Below, piece after piece: positions 9,201-18,575 of a stretch of DNA of 64,000 nt (position 1 is its first letter; each line of letters starts with the position of its first letter). Origin of the DNA: Desulfovibrio sp. (GTDB lineage Bacteria; Desulfobacterota; Desulfovibrionia; Desulfovibrionales; Desulfovibrionaceae). Under the pieces are notes generated by a model. The model was not told the DNA's origin. It saw nothing but the letters and a program-made list of their open reading frames with translations, and made no database searches. A program made the translations under genes and the position numbers. Where the stretch lies: assembly GCA_017454325.1 (NCBI GenBank), contig JAFTDG010000055.1, positions 8,018 to 72,017 of the forward strand. Reading direction: 5' to 3'.

Positions 9201-9339
9201 GGAACGCATTTCCCTTTGGGAAAGCCGACAAAAGACATATTTTGCCAATCTGGAAACTCTGTTGAAGCAATACAGTGAACAACAGTCACGGCTTGAATCA
9301 CAAATCAATTCATTGAGTTCAACTTCTTCCAAGAAGTAA
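6289..9339 (+). CDS. fliD: flagellar filament cap protein (hook-associated protein 2), unusually long at 1016 aa
   Basis: The N-terminal coiled coil (VESTQLNRLEAWKSDWKLRYDAF) and C-terminal coiled coil (ISLWESRQKTYFANLETLLKQYSEQQSRLESQI) are FliD-like. The centre is S/T/G-rich. fliS lies immediately downstream. Confidence 0.85.
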   Translation: MAISISGSNAIWGLSDSGTNFDEVLVKLKQVESTQLNRLEAWKSDWKLRYDAFDKIIEQVGAAQNMLATLTNKNNFVTKNVVSSDANVITAVANASADDVQHTINVSQMASNAIWANTGNVFSSKTDLINTTGQAQTFSYRYAGRDYSMNVPANTTLDSFVSMVNSSAENPGIKISLVQTGGGYVFQIAGKSTGADNDLVIYSNNLVGMDATGSTSTWKTNNLLDMAAAVTDPTNYAYDLLMEDGNKFTVRIAGDKTNENLVTAINAKVGRNIASLDENGNLTLTDVAAMYRRDADTQSSFSTPSTTLTLGSTPADTTLPSAQTVTLQINDGITSSTRTLNIAGGTSLKDAALQIAQASGASTVHMGLNSAGAWEMSLANVESISFSSDDSGIGVTSSAGQMGTEITGSGVSKTFSTSVTISQDQLTQQLAGPDADPTKSFTYTLVKADGSTQNFSLAQNATYQNLLDELQNYGSIDSNTVTFTDQVTGFYLSGGGSGGGMDGVTVKTDAVTTIAGMTGTDTLESPPDLEYTIAVNDGTTRQFTYAGGTSMSAIVADMRSQGLTVDLVDADGNSIDTSAGIPTTGNYYLQFTDISYVSGPGISGQVTASSNWSIQNAANAKYQIDNWPVVMESSSNSVSDALEGVVFNIQGTGTANISVSTDIASVEQSIQNFLDAVNSVLLTIREYTSYDENKEVTTNDPDKIGSSNYSTSQLTTEKGGLLQGNYGVQLFNSRFTSLLGSAPPGFTSRTDASDILSGDTLANLANLGIKMDTTATSKTYGLLVIAPAASIASIQEMDESNYENMINNNLSAVVDFFCASGTGASSSPDFRYGSHVSGITKGGTYDVSYTVDATGNIEHVYVGGVEATRDTSQPGYYYSVASGDARGLSFQIDNLAEGAHSGQIRIKEGLIQTVNTFLKNELKFTDVNVSTTAGTNTDAIALKSQNGALMVLRDNYKKIMENIDKAIGKEEERISLWESRQKTYFANLETLLKQYSEQQSRLESQINSLSSTSSKK

Positions 9340-9370
9340 CAAACCGCACGCCGAACAGGAAGGACAGTAT

Positions 9371-10024
9371 ATGAACAAGGCCGCACAAGCATACTTTCAG
9401 ACCAATGTGAGCACCACAGATCAGGGACGGCTTCTGCTCATGCTCTATGATGGCGCACTTAAGTTTATCCAACAGGCTCGCGTCAAGATGCTGGCCAAGG
9501 ATTTTGCCGCCAAGGGGATTCTTATTTCCAAGGTGATAGACATTATCAATGAGCTTTCCTCTTCCCTGAATCTGGACAAGGGGGGCAGTCTTGCTGAAAA
9601 TCTAAATAATCTCTACCTGCTCTGTACTGCACGATTACTGCGCGCCAATCTAAAGATGGACCTGGAATCTCTTGACAGTGTGGAATCTATTCTCTCCGGT
9701 CTACGTGGGGCCTATGCCCAAATTATCGACACCCCCGAAGCCCGTAAGGCAGCCAGCGACATCGCCGGACGCATGCAGCCGGCAGGGTCTGTTCTCAAGA
9801 AGGCACAGCCTGTCTTGCAGTCCACTATGACAGCTGTGCCTCGTGCCCATGCCCAAGCAGCATACGGGCGCAATGCCATGAATTTCACAACAGCTGCCAC
9901 AGCGGCCTCTGTCACACCGGCAGCCCCTGCAGGACAACGCGCTCATGTACAGGCTTTTGATGCCTCCTACATCCAGCGCCCCCCAATGTCCTCCAAGCTA
10001 CCAGGCGCCTATGGCAAGCCCTAG
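9371..10024 (+). CDS. fliS: flagellar export chaperone FliS with a C-terminal extension of about 85 aa
   Basis: AYFQTNVSTTDQGRLLLMLYDGALKFIQQA and LAENLNNLYLLC are canonical FliS helices. The A/P/Q-rich tail starts at about aa 130. Confidence 0.85.
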   Translation: MNKAAQAYFQTNVSTTDQGRLLLMLYDGALKFIQQARVKMLAKDFAAKGILISKVIDIINELSSSLNLDKGGSLAENLNNLYLLCTARLLRANLKMDLESLDSVESILSGLRGAYAQIIDTPEARKAASDIAGRMQPAGSVLKKAQPVLQSTMTAVPRAHAQAAYGRNAMNFTTAATAASVTPAAPAGQRAHVQAFDASYIQRPPMSSKLPGAYGKP

Positions 10025-10058
10025 AGGGCACATTTCGTCATCCAGCCAATCCGTTACC

Positions 10059-10107
10059 GGCGCACAGAACACCTTCCGCATCCTGTCTTGAAGGCGTTCT
10101 GTGCGCC
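10059..10107 (+). terminator. long hairpin downstream of fliS (GGCGCACAGAAC...GTTCTGTGCGCC)
   Basis: Perfect 12-bp outer stem plus a partial inner stem, 35 nt after the fliS stop. There is no clear U-tract. Confidence 0.5.
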
Positions 10108-10250
10108 GTGTCACAGCGGAATTACCTCCTCCAGTGTACATTCATCTAAGCACTTACTGCGCTGTCCTCCCCCGACACGCAAATACTGTTTATCGGGCAC
10201 TGCCTACTTCCGCACATTCCTGAAATGCCCTCTTACCAGGAAGGATCTTC

Positions 10251-10937
10251 ATGAATATCGGTGATTCTCAGGCACTCCAACAAGCCCTGACGTTAGGCCC
10301 ACTGGCCGCGCTGTCTGACAAAGAACGCCATTTTCTCACAGCTCACGCTCGCGTACACACTTTTTCTCAAGGGGAACTTCTGTTTCGTGAAGGCGATGTC
10401 ACAACTGATCCCATGATCCTTTTGAACGGCATGGTGAAGCTGTGTCGCCATACAACACAGGGCAAAGAATGCGTACTGCACCTCGTACGGCCCGCAAAAA
10501 TACTGGATGTGGGGGTACTTTTCTATGAAGATGTCCTGCCCATCACAGCAGTGGCCGTACAGAACAGCACTACAGTACGGCTGGAGAAAAAAGCCCTGCT
10601 AACGTGTGTGCAGGACAACACCAGTTTGAGTATTGCACTCATGAAGACCATGTGCCTACGCCAACGGCTCTTTATCAACAAAATAGCTGGGTCACAGGGA
10701 CGCATCTCCGTTGCCAGCCGAGTTGCTGCCTGGTTGCTGCATCGAGCCAAAATGGAAAAAAGCGCAACAATGCATCTTGGTGTCACTCAGGAAATACTAG
10801 CCCGTCAAATGGGCATCAGCCGCGAAAGTCTGAGTAGAGAACTGAGTGCCTTGGCTGCCGACGGTTTTATCGACCGTAGACACCGTACTATAACGCTGCT
10901 TGATCCCGAAGCTCTGCGTGCTAGAGCGGAGTCGTGA
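10251..10937 (+). CDS. Crp/Fnr-family transcriptional regulator
   Basis: cNMP-binding-type beta-roll (FSQGELLFREGD) plus a C-terminal HTH (TQEILARQMGISRESLSRELSAL). It lacks an N-terminal FNR Cys cluster. Confidence 0.85.
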   Translation: MNIGDSQALQQALTLGPLAALSDKERHFLTAHARVHTFSQGELLFREGDVTTDPMILLNGMVKLCRHTTQGKECVLHLVRPAKILDVGVLFYEDVLPITAVAVQNSTTVRLEKKALLTCVQDNTSLSIALMKTMCLRQRLFINKIAGSQGRISVASRVAAWLLHRAKMEKSATMHLGVTQEILARQMGISRESLSRELSALAADGFIDRRHRTITLLDPEALRARAES

Positions 10938-10942
10938 CATAC

Positions 10943-11461
10943 ATGAAATGCTGTATTGTGTTTTCCTCCTGTACGGGTAACACGCGAAAAGTGGCCGAAG
11001 CCATTGCCCAAGGGACGAATATTCCCTGTTTTCCTGTTCAAAATGCTCCGGCCCCACAAACATATGATATGTTGGCTCTTGGTTTCTGGGTACGTAAAGG
11101 TCTACCCGATACGCGAAGCCGACGTTATATGGCAAGAGTGTATGGGAAACATGTTTTCCTCTTTGGTACATTAGGGGCATGGCCACATTCCGAACATGCA
11201 CTTCACTGCCTTGCCGCTACCCGAGCTTTGCTTGAAGATGGCGGCAATACCATTCTGGATGCTTTTTTATGCCAAGGCCGTGTCAATCCTCGTGTTGTAG
11301 CTGCCACACAACGCAAGGGTACGCACCCATTGAGCATCGAACGCATACACCGTTTGCATGAAGCAGCACGCCACCCCACAACTGAAGATTGTGCAACTGC
11401 ACGACATCGCTGGCAACAAGCATTACAGTCTGTACAAATGCATACCGCAGTGTTTTTATAG
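10943..11461 (+). CDS. flavodoxin-like protein
   Basis: The N-terminal KCCIVFSSCTGNTRKVAEAI matches the flavodoxin FMN phosphate-binding loop (S/T-x-T-G-x-T). A GTG at 10934, overlapping the crp stop, is an alternative start. Confidence 0.6.
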   Translation: MKCCIVFSSCTGNTRKVAEAIAQGTNIPCFPVQNAPAPQTYDMLALGFWVRKGLPDTRSRRYMARVYGKHVFLFGTLGAWPHSEHALHCLAATRALLEDGGNTILDAFLCQGRVNPRVVAATQRKGTHPLSIERIHRLHEAARHPTTEDCATARHRWQQALQSVQMHTAVFL

Positions 11462-11595
11462 ATTCTGCGGTTCCGTGTGACAATAAACAAGCTCCAACTG
11501 CACAACTGTATCTGTATTCACAGTTTCGCAAGTCTTGCAAGCCTGTGCCGAAACGCGTACATAGCTTGTTCTGTTACGTTGCCGAGGCTTGTGTC

Positions 11596-12372
11596 ATGAC
11601 TCAATCTCTCTCTCCTGTGGCCGAAGGACTGCGACGCGGAGTGCCCATTATGCTGGGCTATCTGCCTGTGGGTTTTGCTTTTGGCGTGCTAGCAGTAAAA
11701 AACAATATCCCCCCAGCCCTAGCAGTTGCCATGTCTGTACTCATGTTTTCAGGCTCAGGACAATTTGTTTTCGCGAGCATGTGGGGCGCAGGGGCCAGCG
11801 CTTTTTCCATCATAGCGGCTGTCCTCATCGTCAACCTTCGCTATCTGCTGCAATCTGCAGCAGAATCTCCCTGGTTAACCTTCCTGCCACGTTTGCAGCG
11901 TTTTTTACTGGGCCTGGGCCTTACGGATGAAACCTTTGCCGTGCATGTCACAGCTTTCCAACAAGGCTGGCAGTGTAACCTGATTACACTTTTTGTTTGT
12001 AACCACAGTACACAACTGGCCTGGGTATCAGGAACAATTATTGGAGCTTTCTGCGGTGAACTTGTGCAGGACGTGAAGCCATTGGGTCTTGATTATGCGC
12101 TTACGGCCATGTTTCTCGCTCTTTTAGTACCACAATGTGTCAGCCGTCTGCATGTAGTCGTGGCTGTGTGTACGGCAGCATTCTCCATCGCCTTCAAGAG
12201 TATCGGCATGAGTCAATGGAATATTGCTCTAGCGACAGTATTGGGAGCGAGCATGGGCGTCTACTTATTGTTACGTAAAGCAAACAGGGATGGCACACCG
12301 CTTGATACACCCATCTCAGGAACTAACAGAACAAATACTGATGCACCGCAGCAGAGGAGAACCCATGCCTGA
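11596..12372 (+). CDS. azlC: branched-chain amino acid exporter, large subunit (AzlC family)
   Basis: GVPIMLGYLPVGFAFGVLA and GSGQFV motifs, polytopic membrane profile. The start is moved to ATG 11596. The ORF-track extension from 11389 overlaps the flavodoxin gene. Confidence 0.8.
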   Translation: MTQSLSPVAEGLRRGVPIMLGYLPVGFAFGVLAVKNNIPPALAVAMSVLMFSGSGQFVFASMWGAGASAFSIIAAVLIVNLRYLLQSAAESPWLTFLPRLQRFLLGLGLTDETFAVHVTAFQQGWQCNLITLFVCNHSTQLAWVSGTIIGAFCGELVQDVKPLGLDYALTAMFLALLVPQCVSRLHVVVAVCTAAFSIAFKSIGMSQWNIALATVLGASMGVYLLLRKANRDGTPLDTPISGTNRTNTDAPQQRRTHA

Positions 12373-12709
12373 AAGCACACAATATACCTCTGGGCTACTG
12401 CTTTGCCTACTGGGTAGCGTAGCTGTAACTGTGCTGCCTAAAGTGTTACCCTTGACCTTTCTCCATGGAGACAGCCTACCTTCACTGTTACGACATTGGC
12501 TGTCTTTTGTACCAGTAGCAGTTATGGCAGCACTGGTTGGACCAGATGTCCTTTTTTATGAGGGACAGTTCAATATAAGCACTTCTAACCTCTTCCTCAT
12601 GGTTGCCCTACCCTCGCTTGTTGTTGCATGGTGGAGCAAGAACTACTTTCTGACTATCGTTTTTGGTCTTAGCCTCGTCATTCTGGCCCGTGCCATGGGA
12701 TTGTACTAA
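12365..12709 (+). CDS. azlD: branched-chain amino acid exporter, small subunit (AzlD family)
   Basis: About 114 aa with 4 TM segments, directly after azlC with an 8-nt overlap. ATG at 12365. Confidence 0.7.
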   Translation: MPESTQYTSGLLLCLLGSVAVTVLPKVLPLTFLHGDSLPSLLRHWLSFVPVAVMAALVGPDVLFYEGQFNISTSNLFLMVALPSLVVAWWSKNYFLTIVFGLSLVILARAMGLY

Positions 12710-13017
12710 TGCTTACTGCCCCAGGCCCCAAGTATTGTCCTCCCGCACTTCGCAGCTATCGTCACTCTATTCAATCTCTGGAGCCTGCTTCGCACAGTGC
12801 AAGTCTACTGATTTATATAGCCCCAGAACAAATAGCCATCTTTCGTTTTTTACTCGAAGCATATGGACACACTGCCTTCTTCACTGTTTTAGAACGCCGT
12901 ACCGCTTTGCTTCGTCTTATCTTTTCACCCCATTATAAGACAGCTGTACAAAATGTGCTGACAGAAATGGCACAAAGCATACCCTTCAGTGTGAAAAAAT
13001 GGCCTACTGCCAGGTAA
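12709..13017 (+). CDS. small conserved hypothetical protein (DUF4911-like, recalled from memory only)
   Basis: The core IAIFRFLLEAYGHTAFFTVLERRTALLRL looks like a real folded protein. Its start overlaps the azlD stop as TAATG. Confidence 0.4.
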   Translation: MLTAPGPKYCPPALRSYRHSIQSLEPASHSASLLIYIAPEQIAIFRFLLEAYGHTAFFTVLERRTALLRLIFSPHYKTAVQNVLTEMAQSIPFSVKKWPTAR

Positions 13018-13151
13018 AACCAAATATAACAACAAACGATTCTAAAAATAACAGCCCTACCAATACGTGGCATGCAAAAAGGCTTTAAGACACAGATAAT
13101 TTTTGCTATACCTTTGTTGTATCATTCTCATTCCATCAAGGTAGAAAGCCC

Positions 13152-13865
13152 ATGCCCACACTAAAATACAAACGAGTTTTGCTTAAATTGAGTGGAGAAG
13201 CTCTTGCCGGTGCACAAAAAACCGGCATTGACCCAGAAACAGTTTCCACCATTTGTAAAGAAATTGGCTCCGTTTTAGCCATGGGTGTACAAATGGCCCT
13301 GGTCATCGGCGGCGGGAATATTTTTCGCGGGCTGTCAGGATCTGCCAAGGGTATGGAACGATCTTCAGCTGATTACATGGGTATGCTTGCCACAGTGCTT
13401 AACGCTTTAGCCGTACAGGATATGTTGGAAAAACAGGGGTATCCGACACGTGTTCTCTCTGCCATTACCATGCGTGAAGTTTGTGAACCTTTTGTTCGCC
13501 GCCGGGCTCTACGCCATTTGGAAAAAGGCCGTGTTGTCATATGCGCAGCTGGCACAGGTAATCCCTATTTCACTACCGATACCACAGCAGCGTTACGTGG
13601 TATGGAGCTGAAGTGTGACGCCATTATCAAAGCGACTAAAGTTGATGGCATCTATGACAAGGACCCGACACAATTCCCCGACGCCATTAAGTTTGATACT
13701 ATCAGCTATGATGAAACATTGTCTCGTCGTTTGGCCGTTATGGACGCTACCGCCTTTGCTCTAGTGCGCGATAACAATATCCCTATCATTGTCTGCCGGA
13801 TGTTTGGCGGCGATATCAGTCGCGCTGTTTGTGGCGAGGCTGTGGGAACAATTGTTCACGGCTAA
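13152..13865 (+). CDS. pyrH: UMP kinase
   Basis: [22 protein letters not shown] and [10 protein letters not shown] motifs. Confidence 0.95.
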   Translation: MPTLKYKRVLLKLSGEALAGAQKTGIDPETVSTICKEIGSVLAMGVQMALVIGGGNIFRGLSGSAKGMERSSADYMGMLATVLNALAVQDMLEKQGYPTRVLSAITMREVCEPFVRRRALRHLEKGRVVICAAGTGNPYFTTDTTAALRGMELKCDAIIKATKVDGIYDKDPTQFPDAIKFDTISYDETLSRRLAVMDATAFALVRDNNIPIIVCRMFGGDISRAVCGEAVGTIVHG

Positions 13866-13892
13866 TCCAGCCATTTCCCAAGGAGAATATTG

Positions 13893-14453
13893 ATGGATAT
13901 TGATAGCATTCTTCTGGATGCGGAAGAACGTATGGAAAAGGCCCTCACCGCACAGGATCGCGATTTTGCCAAACTGCGCACAGGCAGGGCTACCACGGCT
14001 TTAGTAGATAGCATCAAAGCTGACTATTACGGCACGCCAACGCCCATCAGCCAAATGGCTTCCGTAGCTGTACCCGATAGCCGCACTGTGACCATACAAC
14101 CCTGGGACAAAGGCGGTATTGCTGCAGTGGAAAAGGCTATCCTCAAATCTGACCTTGGCCTCACACCAGTTAATGATGGCAAAATCATCCGTATCTCTGT
14201 TCCTCCACTTACCGAGGAACGCCGTAAAGAATTAGTCAAGGTAGCGCGTAAGTACACTGAAGATGCCAAAGTGGCAGTACGTAATGTACGACGAGATGCC
14301 AATGATGCCTTAAAAAAACTCGAAAAAGACAAAACCATCAGTGAAGACGAACAAAAAAAAGCTACAGAAGATGTACAAAAGCTTACAGATAGGTTTGTAG
14401 CAGAAACAGACAAAAAGTGTACTATCAAGGAAAAAGAGATTATGGAAATCTAA
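13893..14453 (+). CDS. frr: ribosome recycling factor
   Basis: Full-length RRF-like sequence ([24 protein letters not shown]). ATG 13893 lies 6 nt after AAGGAGA. The track start at 13890 is a TTG. Confidence 0.95.
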   Translation: MDIDSILLDAEERMEKALTAQDRDFAKLRTGRATTALVDSIKADYYGTPTPISQMASVAVPDSRTVTIQPWDKGGIAAVEKAILKSDLGLTPVNDGKIIRISVPPLTEERRKELVKVARKYTEDAKVAVRNVRRDANDALKKLEKDKTISEDEQKKATEDVQKLTDRFVAETDKKCTIKEKEIMEI

Positions 14454-14522
14454 TACACAATGGATGATCCTGGATCGCGTATTTACCCTTAGCCTATAGT
14501 AATCCTACAGTGTTTCAGTTGC

Positions 14523-15257
14523 ATGGACTTTTGCATGACGGAACTGCCAGAAAAATTGCCTACCCATATTGCCATCATCATGGACGGTAATGGTCGTTGG
14601 GCACAAGCACGAGGTCTTCCCCGTGAGGCTGGACATCGAGCAGGGGCAGAAACGGCACGCACTATTGTTACTGCTTGCCGCTCTATAAATATCCGTTACC
14701 TAACGCTCTACACATTTTCCAGTGAAAATTGGAATCGTCCCCAAACAGAAATCCGCGCTCTCTTCAGCCTGCTACTAGAATTTTTACGATGTGAAGTGCC
14801 ACATATGGAAGAACAGGGCATCGCCATGAGAATCTTAGGAGAGATAGATACTCTTCCCTTGCCTCAGCGTACGGCGCTGCGCCATGCAGTGCGCCGTACA
14901 CAAGAGGGAAAGGCTATGACGCTCAACCTCGCACTCAATTATGGAGGACGGGGAGAACTGGTACGCGCCATGCGACAAATCATCGAAGAAGGTATGCACT
15001 CGGAAGAAATAACGGAGCAGACGTTGGCTGACCATCTGTATACAGCCGGTCAACCGGACCCAGACCTACTCATCCGTACGAGCGGTGAGTTACGGATAAG
15101 CAACTATCTGCTCTATCAATGCGCATACAGTGAACTCTACTTTACACCAGTACCTTGGCCAGATTTTGATGAAACTCAATTATATCTGGCCCTTCAAGCC
15201 TATGCTGCACGTTCGCGCCGCTTCGGCAAAACACAGGAGCAAATTGATGCCCATTGA
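14523..15257 (+). CDS. uppS: di-trans,poly-cis-undecaprenyl-diphosphate synthase
   Basis: HIAIIMDGNGRWA, LTLYTFSSENWNRP and RTSGELRISNYLL motifs. Confidence 0.95.
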   Translation: MDFCMTELPEKLPTHIAIIMDGNGRWAQARGLPREAGHRAGAETARTIVTACRSINIRYLTLYTFSSENWNRPQTEIRALFSLLLEFLRCEVPHMEEQGIAMRILGEIDTLPLPQRTALRHAVRRTQEGKAMTLNLALNYGGRGELVRAMRQIIEEGMHSEEITEQTLADHLYTAGQPDPDLLIRTSGELRISNYLLYQCAYSELYFTPVPWPDFDETQLYLALQAYAARSRRFGKTQEQIDAH

Positions 15258-16065
15258 TCCCGAAATCCACAAGGTCGACGTGCGCCGCATCATTACGGGA
15301 CTTTCCTTAGCCGCCGTGATCCTCTTTGTCCTTTGGCTACGGGGCCTTCCTTTGTTATTTGTTATTCTGCTTGCTTCAGCCCTCGCATTATGGGAGTTTT
15401 ATTCGTTATTTTGGGGACCTAAAGGGCGTATCTCCAGCCGGCTCTGTGCCATCGCCCTGGGCTGGGGCATGCTCTGTCTCTCTTGGATGCACCGTCCGCA
15501 GGATGCACTCGTTTGTTTGGGAGCGGGTTTTGTACTCGCTGCTATGAGTTTTTTGTTTCGCTGGGATGTAATTGAAGAGGATAACGCTTTTTTTGCCAGT
15601 GGTATCTTCATGGCCGGTCTTGCCTATGTACCCTTGTTGCTACTGCCGGCTACCTATCTCTCGACCACAAAGCTCATCTTTGTTATTGCCGCTGTGGCTA
15701 TCTCAGATACTGCAGCCTATTTCGTTGGAACACGTTTTGGACATCATAAACTCTGGCCACGGGTTAGTCCCCAAAAAAGTTCCGAAGGTGCGGTAGGCAG
15801 TCTTGTAGCTTGTGTCATCTTTTGCTCCATTTATGGAGCTATCTATGGGAAAACGGGTTGGCTTTCTTTTGCTTTACTTGGCATTGCAGTTAACGCTTTT
15901 GCACAACTTGGCGATCTTTTTGAATCTGCCCTCAAGCGATCTGTAAATGTAAAAGATTCCGGCAACCTCCTGCCCGGTCACGGAGGTATTCTCGACCGTG
16001 CTGACAGCCTGCTCTTTGCTATGCCCATGGTGGCCGTAGTAGATCAATGGTTTTTCTTCTTTTAA
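15247..16065 (+). CDS. cdsA: phosphatidate cytidylyltransferase
   Basis: C-terminal signature SALKRSVNVKDSGNLLPGHGGILDRADS. ATG 15247 overlaps the uppS end by 11 nt. Confidence 0.9.
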   Translation: MPIDPEIHKVDVRRIITGLSLAAVILFVLWLRGLPLLFVILLASALALWEFYSLFWGPKGRISSRLCAIALGWGMLCLSWMHRPQDALVCLGAGFVLAAMSFLFRWDVIEEDNAFFASGIFMAGLAYVPLLLLPATYLSTTKLIFVIAAVAISDTAAYFVGTRFGHHKLWPRVSPQKSSEGAVGSLVACVIFCSIYGAIYGKTGWLSFALLGIAVNAFAQLGDLFESALKRSVNVKDSGNLLPGHGGILDRADSLLFAMPMVAVVDQWFFFF

Positions 16066-16104
16066 GTCTGTTTACTTTACAATAATTGTACGGGGTCTGA
16101 AAAC

Positions 16105-17427
16105 ATGGCTGAACTCTGGCCCGACCAAGGCGGGCCATTTATTAACTATATTTCAGGGCCACCCAGTGAAGCGTGGCGACGAGAACAGGTGCATGGTCTT
16201 GTGCTGTTGGGTTCCACTGGCTCTATCGGCCGCAGCGCCATGGATGTGGTGGCGGCACATCCAGAGGCATTCAATATTGTTGGTCTAGCCTGCGCTCGTA
16301 ATATCGAACGACTGGCAAAACAGGCCCTACAGTGGCGCCCGACATACCTGGCTGTGCTTGACGATGAAGCCGCCAAGGGCATTCAGGCTCTACTGCCTGA
16401 CGACTATCATCCCAATATCCTTGTCGGCCGTGAAGGATATGCAACACTTGCCGCATTACCTGAAGCCTCTACCGTACTCTCTGCCCAAGTAGGTGCAGCT
16501 GGCCTGAATGGCACCCTGTCTGCTGTACTGGCAGGCAAGGTGGTCTGTCTGGCCAATAAGGAATCCCTAGTATTGGCTGGCGATTTAATTCGACGGATTT
16601 GTGCGCAGACTGGCGCGGTTATTCTTCCTGTGGATTCCGAGCACAATGCTATCTTTCAGTGTTTGGCAGGCCGTGGACAGGAAATCACCCGTCTTATTCT
16701 TACGGCTTCTGGCGGTCCCTTCAGAGGAAAAACAAGCCAGGAACTCCGCAGTGTAACACCCAAGCAAGCATTGCAACACCCGAACTGGAGCATGGGAGCC
16801 AAGATAACCATTGATTCAGCCACCCTTATGAATAAGGGGCTGGAGATCATTGAGGCATATCATCTTTATGGCGTACCAGCAGAACGGATAAAGGTACTCG
16901 TTCATCCACAATCAGTAGTGCATTCTTTGGTGGAACTAACAGATGGTAGTCAGATTGCACAATTAAGCACACCCGATATGCATTTAGCTATTGCAGCATG
17001 CCTTCTCTGGCCGCGTTGCAAATGTGTCAATGTCTCCCCCCTTGACTTAACTGCAAAAACTCTCACCTTTTACGAACCTGACGACGAAGTATTCCCGTGC
17101 CTAAATCTTGCCCGAGCAGCATTGGACGGACGTGGTGGCCGGTGTGTAGTCTTAAATGCCGCCAACGAAGCTGCAGTAGAACTTTTTCTCGCTGAACGAT
17201 GCGGTTTTATGGATATTCCTCAACTGATTGCTGAAACGCTTAAGATCTACGACACTACAATGCCAGGACATCAATCTCTCTGTTCAACTTCAGCCGCCGT
17301 GACCAACGTCACAAAATCGTCTTTGGAGAAGGAAGCACAAACCCTTGCACGTCGTATTGCATCTCTTGACGAACAAAGCCGTGACAGGGTGTACTCAATG
17401 GCTCGCCATGGAGGTTTCACGTGCTGA
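16105..17427 (+). CDS. dxr: 1-deoxy-D-xylulose 5-phosphate reductoisomerase
   Basis: LGSTGSIG, LANKESLV, PVDSEHNAIFQ and NKGLE motifs. It carries N- and C-terminal extensions of about 30 and 40 aa relative to typical Dxr. Confidence 0.95.
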   Translation: MAELWPDQGGPFINYISGPPSEAWRREQVHGLVLLGSTGSIGRSAMDVVAAHPEAFNIVGLACARNIERLAKQALQWRPTYLAVLDDEAAKGIQALLPDDYHPNILVGREGYATLAALPEASTVLSAQVGAAGLNGTLSAVLAGKVVCLANKESLVLAGDLIRRICAQTGAVILPVDSEHNAIFQCLAGRGQEITRLILTASGGPFRGKTSQELRSVTPKQALQHPNWSMGAKITIDSATLMNKGLEIIEAYHLYGVPAERIKVLVHPQSVVHSLVELTDGSQIAQLSTPDMHLAIAACLLWPRCKCVNVSPLDLTAKTLTFYEPDDEVFPCLNLARAALDGRGGRCVVLNAANEAAVELFLAERCGFMDIPQLIAETLKIYDTTMPGHQSLCSTSAAVTNVTKSSLEKEAQTLARRIASLDEQSRDRVYSMARHGGFTC

Positions 17428-18575
17428 CCACAGTTATTGCTGTTATCCTTGTATTGGGTGGCCTTATTTTTTTTCATGAATTGGGACACTTCTCCGTGGC
17501 CAGGCTCCTTGGTATGGGTGTTTCCACATTTTCGTTAGGTTTTGGTCCGAAAATTCTTCGATACAAGAAAGGCAAGACGGAATACGCTCTCTCTTTGGTT
17601 CCTTTAGGTGGCTATGTGGCGCTGGTGGGCGAGAGCGACCCTGCGGAACTTCCTGAAGGTTTTTCAAAAAATGAAAGTTTTGCCCTGCGTCCAGCATGGC
17701 AACGTCTTCTTGTAGTGGCAGCAGGCCCAACAGCCAACATTTTACTGGCCTGGTTGCTATGCTGGATGCTAGCCCTTGGCTGGGGCACACCAGTGCCACT
17801 AGCACAAGTGGGAAGCGTACTCAAAGACAGCCCGGCAGACCAGGCAGGTCTTCTTCCTGGTGACACAATTCTAAGCATTAATGGCATTCCTGTGGATAGC
17901 TGGCAAAACATGGCCGACGTCATTGCTGCCGGAAACGGCACAGCACTGACACTGGTGCTATACCGGCCCGATCCAACTGTCGAACAGCATAACAAGGAAC
18001 AAAATCGTATACCGGGACTACAAGGCAATGCCAAAGAATTGAGTGTAAGAGTAACTCCAAAGCGTTCTATCCGTAAAACTATATTCGGTGAGGAAGAAAA
18101 TGCCTGGCTTATTGGCATTACCAGTTCCGGGGCAGTACGTCTTGTGGAGCACGGCGTTACAGCTGCAGCAGCTGCTGGATTCTACCAAACACTGGATATG
18201 TTGCATCTGACTTGGCAGAGCTTTGTTAAGCTGGCAGAACGTGTAGTCCCACTAGAGCAGGTAGGCGGTCCGATCATGATCATGCAAATGGTTGGGAAGC
18301 AAGCACATGAAGGTTTCCCCGGACTGCTTGCGCTAACTGCCCTTATCAGCATCAACCTGGGCATACTGAATCTCCTGCCCATTCCGGTACTAGATGGGGG
18401 TACCATTGTCTTCTGTTTATGGGAAATTCTCTTCCGTCATCCGCTCCATGAAAAAATCCAGGAATACTCCATGCGTATAGGAATTGCCCTGCTGGTCTTG
18501 CTCATGCTGCTGGCAACATACAATGATATTTTGCGTATCCTCAAAAACACCGGATGGTTCGGGAGTGGTTCATGA
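17421..18575 (+). CDS. rseP: RIP site-2 zinc metalloprotease RseP
   Basis: HELGH zinc motif, PDZ-like insert, NLLPIPVLDGG. The GTG start follows GGAGG and overlaps dxr by 7 nt. Confidence 0.9.
   Translation: MLTTVIAVILVLGGLIFFHELGHFSVARLLGMGVSTFSLGFGPKILRYKKGKTEYALSLVPLGGYVALVGESDPAELPEGFSKNESFALRPAWQRLLVVAAGPTANILLAWLLCWMLALGWGTPVPLAQVGSVLKDSPADQAGLLPGDTILSINGIPVDSWQNMADVIAAGNGTALTLVLYRPDPTVEQHNKEQNRIPGLQGNAKELSVRVTPKRSIRKTIFGEEENAWLIGITSSGAVRLVEHGVTAAAAAGFYQTLDMLHLTWQSFVKLAERVVPLEQVGGPIMIMQMVGKQAHEGFPGLLALTALISINLGILNLLPIPVLDGGTIVFCLWEILFRHPLHEKIQEYSMRIGIALLVLLMLLATYNDILRILKNTGWFGSGS

Noticed and set aside
11389-11595. N-terminal extension of the azlC ORF given in the track. The same issue affects 12290, 15130, 26531, 36822, 49731, 60601 and 61769.
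   Set aside because: The extensions overlap the preceding gene or lack protein-like sequence. Internal ATGs with Shine-Dalgarno sequences or stop/start coupling give products of normal family length, so I moved the starts.
12663-12938. 91-aa ORF overlapping the DUF4911-like ORF in another frame.
   Set aside because: The translation is Ser/Cys/Pro-rich and not protein-like. The 12709-13017 frame has a coherent hydrophobic/charged pattern and TAATG coupling.
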